Below are positions 25,600 to 40,291 of a stretch of DNA of 64,000 nt, one piece after another. Under the pieces are notes generated by a model. That model had not been told where the DNA came from, did no database searches, and worked only from the letters and a program-made list of their open reading frames with translations. The position numbers were made by a program, and so were the translations under genes. The stretch comes from Octopus vulgaris (lineage: Eukaryota): the NCBI GenBank assembly GCA_951406725.2, contig OX597839.1, positions 9,362,001 to 9,426,000 of the forward strand, in the 5' to 3' direction. Each line of letters opens with the position of its first letter. Position 1 is the stretch's first letter.

Positions 25600-25993
25600 T
25601 AATGTATGTATGTTTGTGTGTGTGTTGGTGTGTGTATTGTGTGTGTGTGTATGTATGTATGTATGTTATATGTATATATGTTATATGTATGTATGTATGT
25701 ATCTATGGATATATATATATATGTATGTATGTATGTATGTATGCATGTATGTATATATATGTATGTATGTATGTATGTATGCATGCATGCATGTATGTAT
25801 GTATGTATGTATGTATGTATGTATGTATGTATGTATGTATGTATGTATGTATGTATGTATGTATGTATGTATGTTATATGTATATATGTTATATGTATGT
25901 ATGTATGTATCTATGGATATATATATATATGTATGTATGCATGTATGTATATATATATATGTATGTATGTATGTATGTATGCATGCATGTATG

Positions 25994-26024
<31 letters not shown>

Positions 26025-26145
26025 ATATGTATGTATATATGTATATATGTATGTATGTATATATGTATGTATGTATGTATATATGTATGTATGTATGTAT
26101 ATATGTATGTTTGTATTATGTATGTATGTATGTATGTATGTATGC
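25600..26145. repeat. (TATG)n / (TA)n compound microsatellite
   Basis: Seen directly. Confidence 0.97.
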
Positions 26146-27720
26146 GTGTTCTATCATCAACACAAACACAACCACCAACAGCAACAGTAATATATATATA
26201 TTGTATGAAGTAAGTAAGTAAATCCATTTCAAATAAAAACATATAATGTGGTATCCTAGTGTATTTTAAAAGTCCAATGAAATGTCTTAGATCTCAGGTT
26301 TATGAGGATTGACTCGAGATGAAACACCCACAATAATACAATTAGCAACAACAATATGACCACCACACCATCAACGATACCCACCCACCACCAACACCCA
26401 AAGCAATGCAACCCACATCACAACTATCGACCAACTAACTTTTGAATCCAACTAACTACAACATATATCTATATATCTTCATGTACACCAGCACGAGTGT
26501 GCATGAGTGTGTGTGTGTGTGTGAGTGTGTGTGTCAGTGTTTATGTATGAGCGTCCATGTATTTATGTTTCAAGTCAGAAGTGCAAGGGACGAATTGCCT
26601 ATAAAATCTCGTGGCCCTTTGGCTAACTGTAATCATATACTACTTCCTCGGTCCTTTACCGTTTCATCTCAATTTCACTATTGCAACAATAGGATTCGGA
26701 CAATTTTCCACTCTCACAAAACCAATCTTTCCCGGGCCAATTAATTGCCGTTGCTGTTGGATTTACCTTTAAGATGTCTGGAAAGAAGCTATGAAGCAGA
26801 CTTGAAAGCAGGTGTGCAAAAAGGAACCATAAAGGGATCACACTGGATATTAAACTTGATGTTTTAAAAAGACTAGATGCAGAAATAAAACTAAGTTATA
26901 TTGGCAAAACATTAAACCTTGCAACGTCTACAGTGGAAACAATACGTGACAACAGACAGAAGCTACTCCATTAACTGTCCAGACCTTGTCTTTCAACAGA
27001 TCTAATGTAATGCTTAAACTGGAACTCTTGAGTGTATGGATCAAAGAGCAGAATCAGAGTAATGTGCTGATAAACACAAATTATTCCAAAAAAAAAAAAG
27101 TCAAAATTTTATGTGATGATTTGCAGAGAAAGGCAGGTGAAACTTCTAATGAAAACTCCTTTTTGATTAGGAGAGGCTGGTTTGAAAGGTTGTAAAAATG
27201 TAAAAATGTAAAAATGACTGTTGAAAACTGATACAGAAGCTGCTACTAATTATCTTGAACAGTTGAAGAAAATGATTGCTGAAGAGAACTACACACTAAA
27301 GCAAGAATAAAGCATTGATGGAACTGCACTTTTCTGGAAGCACATGCCAGCTAGAACTTTTAATTCTTGAGAAGAAAAATAAACCCCTGGATTAAAAGCT
27401 TCCAAAAATTGTTGGACACTTTTTGGTGGGGAGGAAATATCACTATCGAAATGAAATTAAAGCCCCTACACATAATTCACTCTGAAAGCCTAGAAGCTTT
27501 CAGGAATTACATGAAGTTTAACCTATCTCTGATTTAGTGTTCAAATAAGAAGGCAAAGATGGCTAAAAGCCTTTTCAAAAAGTGGTTAACAAACGTTTTT
27601 TGTTCTGCAGTACAGTTCCAGGTAAAATATTTTCAACAAAACATTGCTTCTTTTAAACAATACACCAAACCACTCGGTGAACTTTGATGATCTTTCTGAT
27701 AATGGGAGAATAGAATATAT

Positions 27721-27952
27721 ATTTCTTTACTACTCACAAGGGGCTAAACACAAAGGGAACAAACAAGGACAGACACACGGATTAAGTTGATTACATCAAC
27801 CCCATTGCGTAACTGGTACTTAATTTATCGACCCCGAAAGGATGAAAGGCAAAGTCGACCTTGGCAGAATTTGAACTCAGAACGTAACAGCAGACGAAAT
27901 ACAGGTACGCATTTCGCCCGGCGTGCTAACATTTCTGCCAGCTCACCACCTT
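27721..27952 (-). mobile_element. SINE family B inserted in the Tigger transposase
   Basis: 19-bp TSD ATGGGAGAATAGAATATAT (27702-27720, 27953-27971). Confidence 0.92.
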
Positions 27953-28440
27953 ATGGGAGAATAGAATATATCCCAAAGAACACAACTTCTTTGCTCCAGC
28001 CAATGGGTCAAGGTGTGATACCTAACTACAAGGCATATTATATGAGAACTTTCAAATAACTTATGAAAGCAATTGACAGGGAGGATAAAACTACAATTAG
28101 ATATTTCCGGAAGAAAATTGATATAAAGGAAGCTGTGAATAATATAGCTGAGCCAAGGGATGAAGTGAAAACTTCAACTTTGAATAGTGCTTGGAAGAAT
28201 GTATGGTCAGATTCTATCTGTGACATTTCAAGTTTTCCTCATGTGGAAAGTCTACATCAAATTCAGAAAGACATTGTGACACTTGCAAAGGATGTGAGAT
28301 TTGTAGAAGTCATAGAGGATGATGCGATTGAGTTGCTGGTGCCCCAGGGAGAAAGCCTATCTAATGAGGAACTGATGCTGTTAGAAAAAGAAAAAAACTA
28401 AAAATACAGAGGAGACATGGGCAAGTTCCACCTACACCAC

Positions 28441-28510
28441 TTAACCCTTTAGCATTTATACCGGCCATATCCGACCAAAATAAATACATGCACATTCATA
28501 CATAAACACT

Positions 28511-28571
<61 letters not shown>

Positions 28572-28900
28572 GCACACACACACACACACATGCACACTCA
28601 TGCACATTCGTGCTGGTTTACATGAAGATATATGTTGCAGTTAGTTGGATTCAAAAGTTAGTAGGTCGATAGTTGTGATGTGGGTTGCATTGCTTTAGAT
28701 GTTGGTGGTGGGCAGGTATTCTGTTTTATGTTCAAACTGGCCAGATCAGGTCTCTCACACCAACCCTACAATATCATTTTAAAAATTAACAGCTACCTCA
28801 TCAAAATCTCATAGCTACAAGATAATGCATGATTAGTTCAAAACAATGTGGGCAAAAAAGCATTAATTTTGGCAGAATAATGCAAACACTAAAGGGTTAA
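28441..28900. mobile_element. piggyBac-like MITE E1 with internal templated insert
   Basis: TTAA-CCCTTTAG...CTAAAGGG-TTAA with a foreign segment at 28480-28719. Confidence 0.85.
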
Positions 28901-28994
28901 ACTGACTATAAAAATTATTGCTAAAGGGTTGGGGCTTATCGAGGAAGGACTGCAGGTTTTTGCTGATAATGATCCAAACTACTACTATTACTAT

Positions 28995-29396
28995 TTACTA
29001 TTTTACTTGTTTCAGTCATTTGACTGCGACCATGCTGGAGCACCGCCTTTAGTCGAGCAAATCGACCCCGGGACTTATTCATTCTAAGCTTAGTACTTAT
29101 TCTATCGGGCTCCTTTTACCGAGCCGCTAAGTTACGGGGACGTAAACACATCAGCATCGGTTGTCAAGCGATGTTGGGGAGACAAACACAGACACACAAA
29201 CACATACACACACATACATATATATATACAAATATACGACGGGCTTCTTTCAGTTTCCGTCTACCAAATCCACTCACAAGGCTTTGGTCGGCCCAAGGCT
29301 ATAGTAGAAGACACTTGCCCAAGGTGCCACGCAGTGGGACTGAACCTGGAACCATGTGGTTGGTAAGCAAGCTACTTACCACACAGCCACTCCTGT
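28995..29396 (-). mobile_element. SINE family A
   Basis: Full copy inside the Tigger C-terminal region. Confidence 0.9.
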
Positions 29397-30127
29397 GTAT
29401 GTAACATAAAAATTACAAGAGGACTTTACAATGAGCTCAGTTCCTATACTGAGCTGTACAAAGAGATGACGCATCATAAAAAACAAAGTATTTGAGTAAG
29501 TTTTTCACCACTCAAGCTGATGTTCGTGGTAATGAACTATAAAATAGTAAATACTGTCCTCAATCTTCTAGTACCATTTGTTCCACCATCATCCCTCATA
29601 CAGTAGTCAACATCTTTTGTAGTAAGAACGTACTCTTACGATATTAAGATTCTTATTAATTCCCTAATGTATTCCTCTTGAAATGTTTTTGTATGTTTAT
29701 GTCTCTATATTCTACCATGTATGTTAAGAAATACTTATTTCATGTATAAAGGTGATCATGTTGCTTGTTCTCTGTGTTGTTTTCTTGTGTTCCTTTTCAT
29801 TTTTTTTTTTTTTGTGAAAAAGGCCGTAGGAATGCAATCTCACTTGATATGAAAATGAATAGGAAAATCAATTTTGCATTAAGGAATCTCGCGTTATGGC
29901 CAGATTTTCAAGAACACATTACTTCTATAAAGCAAGAGATTCATGTATATACATATATAAATGCATGCATACATTTTCATTACCTGTATACATATATACA
30001 CACATATATACATATTACATACACATATACACACACATACATCAACATACATACGTACGTACGTACGTATGTATGTATGTACATATATCTTTTATTTATA
30101 AGATTTAGCACTTTAAGTTGTGTTTCA

Positions 30128-30480
30128 GCCTTTAGTCGAGCAAATCGACCCCAGGACTTATTTTTTTATACGCCTAGTACTTATTCTATCGGTCTCTTTA
30201 CCGAACCGCTAAGTTACTGGGAGGTAAACACACCAGCATCGGTTGTCAAACGATGTTGGGAGGACTACACAGACACACAAACATACACACACACACATAC
30301 ATATATATATAGAAATATATATGATGGTCTTCTTTCAGTTTCCGTCTACCAAATCCACTCACAAGGCTTTGGCCGGCCCGAGACTATAGTAGAAGACACA
30401 TGCCCAAGGTGCCACGCAGTGGGACTGAACCCGGTACCATGTGGTTCGTAAGCAAGCTACTTACCACACAGCTACTCCTA
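30128..30480 (-). mobile_element. SINE family A, tail-truncated
   Basis: Family match. Confidence 0.88.
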
Positions 30481-30785
30481 TTGGCACTTTTTTATACTGC
30501 TGTCTTCATCCACACACAGCACATGACCATATCAACACAGTCTGCTCTCTTACACATTACATCTGATGCCTCATATGCCAAATTTTTCTCTTAAAATGTC
30601 TACATTTCGTTGTACATGGCCAGGAGTTCCATCAATGAGAAACAAAGCAAATGAGCCGAGATATTTATATGAGGACGACAGGAAGTCAGGGCTGGCCAAC
30701 AGAAATAGTAGCAATGATGCCATTATCACAAGTGAAGGAGCCGCATGGTTTACATGAAATGGAAGTATAGAAATAAATATATATA

Positions 30786-30987
30786 GGTGCAGGAGTGGCT
30801 GTGTGGTAAGTAGCTTGCTAACCAACCACATGGTTCTGGGTTTAGTCCCACTGCGTGGCATCTTGGGCAAGTGTCTTCTGCTCTAGCCTCAGGCCAACCA
30901 AAGCCTATGAGTGGATTTGGTAGACGGAAACTGAAAGAAACCTGTCGTATGTATGTATGTATGTATGTATGTATGTATGTATGTATG

Positions 30988-31043
<56 letters not shown>

Positions 31044-31275
31044 CGTGTGTGTATATGTTTGTGTTTCTGTGTTTGTCCCACTAGCATTGCTTGACAACCG
31101 GTGCTGGTGTGTTTACGTCCCCATCACTTAGCGGTTCGGCAAAAGAGACCGATAGAATAAGTACTGGGCTTACAAAAGAATAGGTCCCGGGGTCGAGTTG
31201 CTCGATTAAAGGCGGTGCTCCAGCATGGCCGCAGTCAAATGACTGAAACAAGTAAAAGAGTAAAGAGTAAAGAGT
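30786..31275 (+). mobile_element. SINE family A
   Basis: Full copy with an expanded internal microsatellite. Confidence 0.9.
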
Positions 31276-31307
31276 ATACACTCATCACACATATACAATG
31301 TATATAC

Positions 31308-31630
31308 AGACTGGCACTCTGTCGGTTACAACAATGAGGGTTCTATCTAATTGATCCAATCAATGGAACAGCCTGCTCAGGAAATTAACATGCAAGTGAC
31401 AGAGTACTCCACAGACACATGTACTCTTAACCTAGTTCTCAGGGAGATTCAGCATGACACAGAATGTGACAAGGCTGGCTCTGTGAAGTACAGGTAGAAT
31501 TCATTTTTGCCAGGTGAGTGGACTGGAGCAACGTGAAATAAAGTGTCTCGCTCAAGAACACAACATGCCAGCAGATATCGAACTAATGCCTTTACGATCA
31601 TGAGCCTAACATACTAACCACCAAGCTACA
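31308..31630 (-). mobile_element. CORE-type SINE family I
   Basis: Shares head and core block with D but has a different tail. A plus-strand copy lies at 38095-38597. Confidence 0.75.
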
Positions 31631-32216
31631 CACATGTAACTTTGTATACAAACAACATATATGCATGTCTACATTCTATAAATGAAATTCTAAATATAGG
31701 ATATTGATTGATAAGATTATGGTAGATGAACTGGGGTGAGAGGAAGTAGAAAAACTGAGAGGTAACAGGTACATTGGCGGAAACAGAGACAGACTGACAA
31801 ACATAGAACTGAGACATTGCAAGAACACAACTTTAAGTGCTAAATCTTTTATAAATCAATGGAATTTCAAGCGAAATTTTATCTGAATTTTGCACAGTAA
31901 AATTATCAAATTGAAGAATAAAAATCATTTTAAATTTGCTAGATCTCAATTCAATCCATTCACAGCTGAATTACTACAACCACCACCACCACCACCACTA
32001 TTATTATTATCATTATTATTATCATTAATAGTTTCACTCACTGTATGTTATATAAAGTGAGGGAAATAAAAATAATAATAATAATGTTATACACTGGAAT
32101 TAACAATTAGATTTTTTATGCAAATTATAAGCCAGGGAAGCAAATAAAGAAGCAGACAAAACTATTAATAGAAAGACCAAGTCATAAAAATACAAAAGTA
32201 GAGATCGCCAAAATAG

Positions 32217-32565
32217 GTGCAGGTGTGGTGTGCACAGACATGGCTGTGTGGGAAGAAGCTCCAGGTTCAATCCCACTGCAAGGCACCTTGGGCAAGTGTC
32301 TTCTATTATAGTCCTGTGAGTGGCTTTGATAGCCAGAAACTGGAGGAAGCCCATCATGTGTGTGTGTGTGTGTGTTTGTCCTCCGCCACCAATTGACAAC
32401 TGGTGTTGGTTTGTTTACATCCCCATAACTTAGTGGTTTGGCAAAAGAGACCAACAGAATAAGAGCCAAGCTCAGCAAAAAATTAAATACTGGGGTTAAT
32501 GTATTTGACTAAAAATTCTTCAAGGCGGCACTCCAGCATGGCCTCAGTCAGAAACAAGTAAAAGA
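32217..32565 (+). mobile_element. SINE family A, old/degenerate
   Basis: Family match with deletions. Confidence 0.75.
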
Positions 32566-33235
32566 ATTCATTACTTTTAGCATATGGTGGATGGCTGTGT
32601 ATGAAAAGAGGAGCCGTGATTATCAGTATCCTGTGTTATCTCATGAGACTCTCAAGATCTGATCTTAAAAAGTAATCCTATGGTCGTCTTTAGTTTGTTA
32701 GAGAAGTGGAATGTTGATTATCAAAGAGATCAAAATACTAGAAGAGAAGCTTGCCAGCAATAAATCTGAAATTCTTGGCATTTTTTTTTTTCTATTGAAA
32801 TCATTTTAACATTCATAATTTTATTCTAGTCTCAGTTATTGCTGTTGCTTAGCTCCAGCTCCGCCCTTATCAGGTACATCTTATGATCAAATGCATTCCA
32901 CTTTTGATCATTTTTTTTTTAAAGCCCAGTGTACCTAAAATGATATTATTGCTTCTTTAAGACAGCAGTATCCAGCATTATGAGAAATTTGACTGCTATA
33001 TCACAAACATTCAGACCAGGTTTGTAGTATAAAGATAGACAATTCAATCTTGAGATATGTTATATCCTACAGCAGCAATTTATGAGTCTTGATTTTTTTC
33101 ATCCCTCTCCATCCCCTAACTGGTTTTGAAGACCATATTAAAGATTCCGCTTACTACCCAACCTTCCATTCCCATAAGGGGTAGTAAATAATGTTAGTGA
33201 GGTTGTGAACTCAATACTGAATAACCCACTATGCT

Positions 33236-33571
33236 GAGACCCCCTTCGGTCATGACCAACCATGGGATTGCACCTAAAAAGTTATCCTCCCAGGCACAAG
33301 TCCAAGCAAGGTTGTTTATGGAAGACCAGATGTCGCCCATGCATACCGGCCTCTCCTCTCCACACCACCAGTGTTATCCAAAGGAAAGGCAAAGGCCAAT
33401 ACAGCTTGGCACCTGTGACGCCGCAACTCATTTCTACAGCTGAGTCAACAGGAGCAACATGAAATAAAGTGTCTTGCTCAAGAATACAACATGCAGCCCG
33501 TTCCAGGATTCAAACTCACAACCTCATGATCGTAAGCTCAACGCTCTAACCACTGAGCCATGCGCCTTCAC
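33236..33571 (-). mobile_element. SINE family D, full length
   Basis: tRNA-like head, core block and tail. AATAACCCAC is duplicated in the flanks. Confidence 0.88.
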
Positions 33572-33846
33572 ATAAATAATAACCCACACTAGAGCAGGTA
33601 ATAACGATGTCATTTTTCTGTCTATATTAAACTTGAATTTTGATGTTATGTTTTTCTCATATCTAGCTTTCCAATGGTATATTAATATAATAGTCTTTAA
33701 TTGATTGATTACTGGACTACAACTAAGCTGGGTTCCACTTGAAAGGTTTAATTGGTCATACAACATTAGTACATATTTTATCGTTGTTTGTTTGTTTTAT
33801 TCTGTTAAGTTACTTGACATAAATGTAAACATGGACACAGACATAC

Positions 33847-34141
<295 letters not shown>

Positions 34142-34424
34142 GGGAGAGTTTACGAAAAAAACATTTTTTAGAATTAATCACATAGTATCTTGTAGCTTCA
34201 AGATTTTGAAGATGTGATTGTTTATTTTTAGAATGACATTGTAAGTTAGATGTGAGAGGCTGGATCTGGGAAGTTTGAATAAAATAGGTAGAATATTTAG
34301 AGTAGAAATGGCCAGTTTAGATGCTAAAATGTTAATACATCACTCACTTCAACATCATTACCTAGCTTTCAGGTACCTTCAGTCTTTGTTCAAAGCATTC
34401 AAGCTAGCTCTGCAGTCTCTCTTT

Positions 34425-34619
34425 TTTTTATTCTTTTTACTTGTTTCAATCATTTGACTGTGGCCATGCTGGAGCACCGCCTTTTTTAGTCGAGCAAATC
34501 GACCCCCAGGACTTATTCTTTGTAAGCCTAATACTTATTCTATCGGTCTCTTTTGCCGAACCGCTAAGTTACGGGGACATAAACATACCAGCATCGGTTG
34601 TCAAGCGATGTTGGGGGGA

Positions 34620-34673
<54 letters not shown>

Positions 34674-34684
34674 TACATACATAC

Positions 34685-34727
<43 letters not shown>

Positions 34728-34889
34728 GACAGGCTTCTTTCAGTTACCGTCTACCAAATCCACTCACAAAGCATTGGTCAGCCCGAGGCTATAGTAGAAG
34801 ACACTTTCCCAAGGTGCCACGCAGTGGGACTGAACCCGGAACCGTGTGGTTGGTAAGCAAGCTACTTACCACACAGCCACTCCTGCGCC
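34425..34889 (-). mobile_element. SINE family A
   Basis: Full copy. Confidence 0.9.
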
Positions 34890-35818
34890 TGAAAATAATT
34901 TTCTACCTTTCTTTCCACTGGTCACAGAGGCTCTGAAAATAGTTGTGGATATTGCTCTTCCTCATTGGACTGAGCTATTTAAAAGAAAAAGACCAAGTAA
35001 GCAAAGAGAAACTCCTTTGCTGGCTCATCAAAGCAGTGTATTTCATTAGAAATATGTTCATGACAAGCTAAAAACAGAGCAAACTGTCAGTGAATCAAGT
35101 CTTCAGCATATATAGAGTTAATTCCAGTTCACTTGAGTTGTACGAACAGATTTTTTATACCTAGCTTGCTCGAGTTACTTCATTCACATCAACAACTCAC
35201 TAATGCCCTTGGGAAAGGTTCTAGTCTAAAGAACTTGCTGCTTCTCTGGAAATAGATAGATATGGCTTCATCAAGTCTGTATCAAAAATAAATTTTCTAT
35301 AGAAGCTAATTGATTAATGTGTTTTAAACATTTAGGATTGTAGGTCACAAGTTCAAAAGCTACTGCAGGCATTGTATTTCATAGTTTCCTAATGTGTACA
35401 TGTGTGTGCGCATGTACACACATGCTCACATACATGTATATCATCATATATATGTATATCATCATCGTTGTCATTTTACATCTATTTTTACATGCTGATA
35501 TGGGTTGAATATATCACAGTCTAAGCCAGTCCTTATTTGAAGTTAGTAGTTTCCTAAATAAGTAGGGAACTACATCTCACTCATATTTTCCTCTTTTTCA
35601 ATACTTTCTTTAGCCAGATGCTCCTCCGAATTCCAATCTATTTTACTTTGTACACTGAGTGTGATTTACATAGCACCAGCACTAGAGCAGTTGTCTTGTT
35701 CCTGGCAACAACCAAAACATCGTGTCAACCATATATTATCTCCATTTGTTTTCCAAGCACTTTACAGAGTATGCTACATGCATTTTAGTGTACCATCTTC
35801 ACTAGAGTGATAGCTATG

Positions 35819-36005
35819 TACAAGGAGGGACTGCTGGAAAGTTCCTGGTTTTAAGGGTATCGTGAAAGGCCTGGTTGGAGGCCCAATCCTCCAAGTTCTT
35901 TTACAGGCTTAGAAAATCTGATGGACCACTGCAATAAGTGTGTGAATCTGGGAGGGGAATATGTTGAATAAAATCGTAATTAACTGATCATCCTGTATTT
36001 TCTAC
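35819..36005 (+). mobile_element. Mariner-derived MITE, partial
   Basis: One TIR plus the residual C-terminus CNKCVNLGGEYVE*. Confidence 0.75.
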
Positions 36006-36330
36006 CTCTTGATACATGGCAAAACTAAAGATACTTCTCTATCCTACAATGTCTCCATTTGTGCAAGGTGACTTGGCCATGGGGGTGATCAAAGACAGTA
36101 AAAGGGCAGAACACAGTGATGTGGATGGGAGTCTGAGAAAAGGGTCAGTAACAGGAAGGACAGGGATACAGGAAGAGGTATTTACAATGAGTAATAGAGT
36201 AGAAAGTTATAAGAGAGACTATTAGATGATAACAATGAGTAACAAAAGGAATGAGATAGAGAGAAAGGGAGAGAGGGAAGATAGCGATAAAGATGGATGA
36301 TAGTTAGACTGTGTAAGTTATAGATAGCGT

Positions 36331-36630
36331 GAACCCTTTAGCATTTAAACCAGCCTTATCCAGCCAAAATATTTAACCTGTTTTATGTTGGAACTGGCCA
36401 GATCCAGCCTCTCACCTCTATCCTACAATGTTATTTTATAACTAAACAATTACATCTTTGAAATCTCAAAACCACAAGAAAGTGCATGATTAATTCAAAA
36501 CTACCAACCACACGGTTCCGGGTTCAGTCCCACTGCGTGGCACCTTGGGCAAGTGTCTTCTACTATAGCCTCGGGCCAACTTAAGCCTTGTGAGTGGATT
36601 TGGTAGACGAAAACTGAAAAGAAGCCTGTC

Positions 36631-36676
<46 letters not shown>

Positions 36677-36947
36677 GTATATGTGTGTGTGTTTGTGTGT
36701 CTGTGTTTGTCCCCCCAACATCGCTTGACAACCGATGCTGGTGTGTTTACGTCCCCGTTACTTACCAGTTCGGCAAAAGAGACCGATAGAATAAGTACTA
36801 GGCTTACAAAGAATAAGTCCTGGGGTCGATTTGCTTGACTAAAAGGTGGTGCTCCAGCATGGCCACAGTCAAATGACTGAAACAAGTAAAAGAGTAAAAG
36901 AGTAAACAAACGTTATATTTGACAGAGTAATTTGAACACTAGGGTTG
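36331..36947. mobile_element. piggyBac-like MITE E1 with nested SINE A (36502-36905, +)
   Basis: E1 body on both sides of a 5'-truncated A copy. The termini are degenerate. Confidence 0.8.
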
Positions 36948-38094
36948 AAGATGAGTGATGTAAAGCAAGATTGTTAGGTATCAATAATGAGTGGTCGAAT
37001 GAGAAGTGATGAGGGGAAGGGAGAGAAAGAGAGCGAGAGAGACAGAGTGATGATTAGCAATAAAGAGGATTGATGGAAGGTGGGGGGGTGAATGCAATAC
37101 CGTCTGTTGTTACACAGATGAAATGTTGGGAAAAAGATTAAGTAATAGTAGGGAGGCACTTCGATGGGGGAGTGATGCAAAGAAAGGGAGAGAGAGGAGA
37201 TGGAAATTGTCTAGGAGCATAATAGGTGAAAGGTTCCAAATGTAGATATTATACATAACAGTAGTTATCCACGTGTATGTGTGTGTGTGTGTGTTTACAT
37301 ATATATATATATATATATGTATCTGATAAAATAGGTTTCACTTCTAATACACAATAAAGACACATACTCATACACCATGAACACATGCAAAACAAAGAGA
37401 TTTGAACAGAAAAAGTTCTAATTCAATCTTCACAGATTAACTATAAATTAACAATAGATTAGCAAATCAATTTGATTTATATTTTGTTGTCAGCATTAAC
37501 AAATGGGTGTGTGTATTCACGCTCATTAATTCAAATCATCTCTAAGTTTAGGTGAGACACTGGCAGAATGTTGAACATACGACAAAAATGCCTTGTACTT
37601 TGTTCCCCACTCTTAGCATTCTGAGCTCAAATCCTGCAACGGTCAACTTCAACGTTCCTCTTTTGAGATCAATAAAATAAAGTACCAGTCCAGGGCGATG
37701 GATTAACAGAATAGTGCTCTGCAGTATTTGATCTGGCTTTTTATGTTTTGAGTTCTTGAATAGTGGGCTTAATCTGCCACTGGGTTTAATATTACCACCT
37801 GATCCTTGAATGCCATTAGCAGACTTTATTCTGTTCCAAGCATCTGGGCCAGATCTTTGATTTGAGGAGAACATCCTCCTATCTTCTCACCAGCCTCAGA
37901 GACCTTTCAAAATATAAGGTTCACAGGTATTGCCCTTCCTGTCCTCACTGAATAGTAAAAAAAATAATTCAAGTCAGTGTCATGCAGTGGGGTAGGTGTT
38001 AAAGGATTTCCAGAGGGTTGATGATCTAGAAATGAAATATTAGGCATAGTGGATAGTGAAGGGACCATGGGTGATGAGTGTGAGACAATCTTGA

Positions 38095-38597
38095 GGTCAT
38101 GAGATTGATTTGCAATGGTGCGTTGCGTCCTTGAGCAAGACACTTTATTTCATGTTGCTGCAGTCCATTCAGTTGGCAAAAATGAGCAGTACCTGTAATT
38201 CATAGGGCCAGCCTTGTTACATCTTATTTCTTTATTGCCCACAAGGGGCTAAACAAGGACAGACAAAAGGATTAAGTCAATTACATCGACCCCAGTGTGT
38301 AACTGGTACTTAATTTATCGACCCCAAAAGGATGAAAGGCAAAGTCAACCTCGGCGGAATTTGAACTCAGAACGTAGCGGCAGCCGAAATACCGCTAAGC
38401 ATTCCGGCCAGCGTGCTAATGTTTCTGCCAGCTCGCCACCTTGTTACATCCTGTCATGCTGAATCTCTCTTGAGAACTACATTAAGGGTATGTATGTCTG
38501 TGGAATGCTCAGCCACCTGCACATTAACTTCACAAGCAGACTGCCCCGTTCATTAGTTCAACTAGAGCCCTCATCGTTGTAACTGACGGAATGCCAT
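38095..38597 (+). mobile_element. SINE family I with nested SINE B (38225-38440, -)
   Basis: TSD TTGTTACATC (38214-38223, 38441-38450). Confidence 0.8.
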
Positions 38598-38794
38598 AGT
38601 ACAACATATTTACCTAGCATAAACACAGAAGTACATATAAGACTCTTAAACTAGAATATATCAAATGTTCTCTTAAATTCATTACTGTTATCTCTTCATG
38701 CTTGTTTAGAGTTTACGAAACCTCTAGCCAATCATATATTAAATATTAATGAGGTGTCATCTGAATGAAAATGAATTAGTATATATATATATCA

Positions 38795-39160
38795 TTTATC
38801 TTTTACTTGTTTTAGTCATTAGACTGCTGCCATACTGGGGCACAACCTTGACTAACTATTAGTCAAATGGATCGACTCCAATGCGTTTTTTTTTAAGCCA
38901 AGTACTTATTCTATCACTAAACCGCTAAGTTACAGAGACGTAAACACACCAGCAGCGGTGGGGGTAAAACAGACATAGACACATACATACACATATACGA
39001 CAGGCTTCTTTCAGTTTCCATTTACCAAATCCACTCACAAAGCTTTGGTCAGCCCAAGGCTACAGTAGAAGACACTTGCCCAAGGTGTCACGCAATGGGA
39101 CTGAACCCAGAACTATGTGGTTGGGAAGTAAGTTTCTTGCCACACAGTCACACTTGCACC
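38795..39160 (-). mobile_element. SINE family A, degenerate
   Basis: Family match. Confidence 0.8.
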
Positions 39161-39415
39161 TATAAATATGTATATATTGAGGTCCTATGAGAGTAGAAAG
39201 ATGGAAGATTTCCAATGCAGCATTTAACCGAAGCTTGAGGCTATCTACATTCTTAAATTGTAGTCATAAGTAAGATCAAAATCTTTCAAGTGTAGAAAAT
39301 CCTGATGTGACATTGATAAAACTACTGTGTGGGTTTAACAAAGAGTAAAATATAATCCTTATCCGAAGACAAAGAAAGAGTTTATCAATTCTTTAATGAC
39401 CAGTTGCAATTGTTT

Positions 39416-39571
39416 GTGTGGTAAGTAGCTTGCTAACCAACCACATGGTTCCGGGTTCAGTCCCACTGTGTGGCACTTTGGGCAAGTGTCTTCTGCTATA
39501 GCCCCGGGCCGACCAATGCCTTGTGAGTGGATTTGGTAGACGGAAACTGAAAGAAGCCTGTCGTATATATG

Positions 39572-39656
<85 letters not shown>

Positions 39657-39870
39657 TTGTGTGTCTGTGTTTGTCCCCCTAGCATTGCTTGACAACCGAT
39701 GCTGGTGTGTTTACGTCCTCATCACTTAGCAGTTCGGCAAAAGAGACCGATAGAATAAGTACTGGGCTTACAAAGAATAAGTCCCGGGGTCGATTTGCTC
39801 GATTAAAGGTGGTGCTCCAGCATGGCCGCAGTCAAATGACTGAAACAAGTAAAAGAGTAAAAGAGAGAGA
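39416..39870 (+). mobile_element. SINE family A
   Basis: Near-full copy. Confidence 0.9.
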
Positions 39871-40291
39871 GCTCTATTTTAAATGCCAATTTTACACAAA
39901 ATTCCACATGAAAGTTACGTAATATTTACAGTTTTAAACATGAAAGTAGCACTTTCAGCAAACTTGCATCAAAGGTGTGCTCTTATATTGTGCATCTGCA
40001 AGTGTTGTATCAGATCAAGAGGAAAGAGGATAAAGATAAAAATAGAAGTGTGAAATAACAGACAACGTAAATACAATGTTAATACCAAGCAGATAAAAAT
40101 ATGGGGGAGGAGAAGGGGGGCATAATGATTTCCTGCTCTCTAGTACTTATTTCTAGAACCAGAGTTGTAATGCCCAACACATCCAAGCCAACAAGGAAGT
40201 TTGTATAAGGTTTTATGAAATATTAGAAACAGCAGCTAAATCTCACTGACACTGCATCTTGTACCTTAAAATAAAGAAGGAACCCTAGATA

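Larger units (their letters stand above)
26774..29500 (+). pseudogene. Decayed Tigger/pogo (CENP-B-like) transposase
   Basis: [13 protein letters not shown]...LATSTVETI (CENP-B HTH), RGWFERL, IDGTALFWKHMPART, PKNTTSLLQPMGQGVI and SAWKNVW. Many stops and frameshifts, and three nested insertions. A probable decayed right end lies near 29945. Confidence 0.9.

Noticed and set aside
25572-26242. MYVC-repeat ORFs
   Set aside because: (TATG)n microsatellite.
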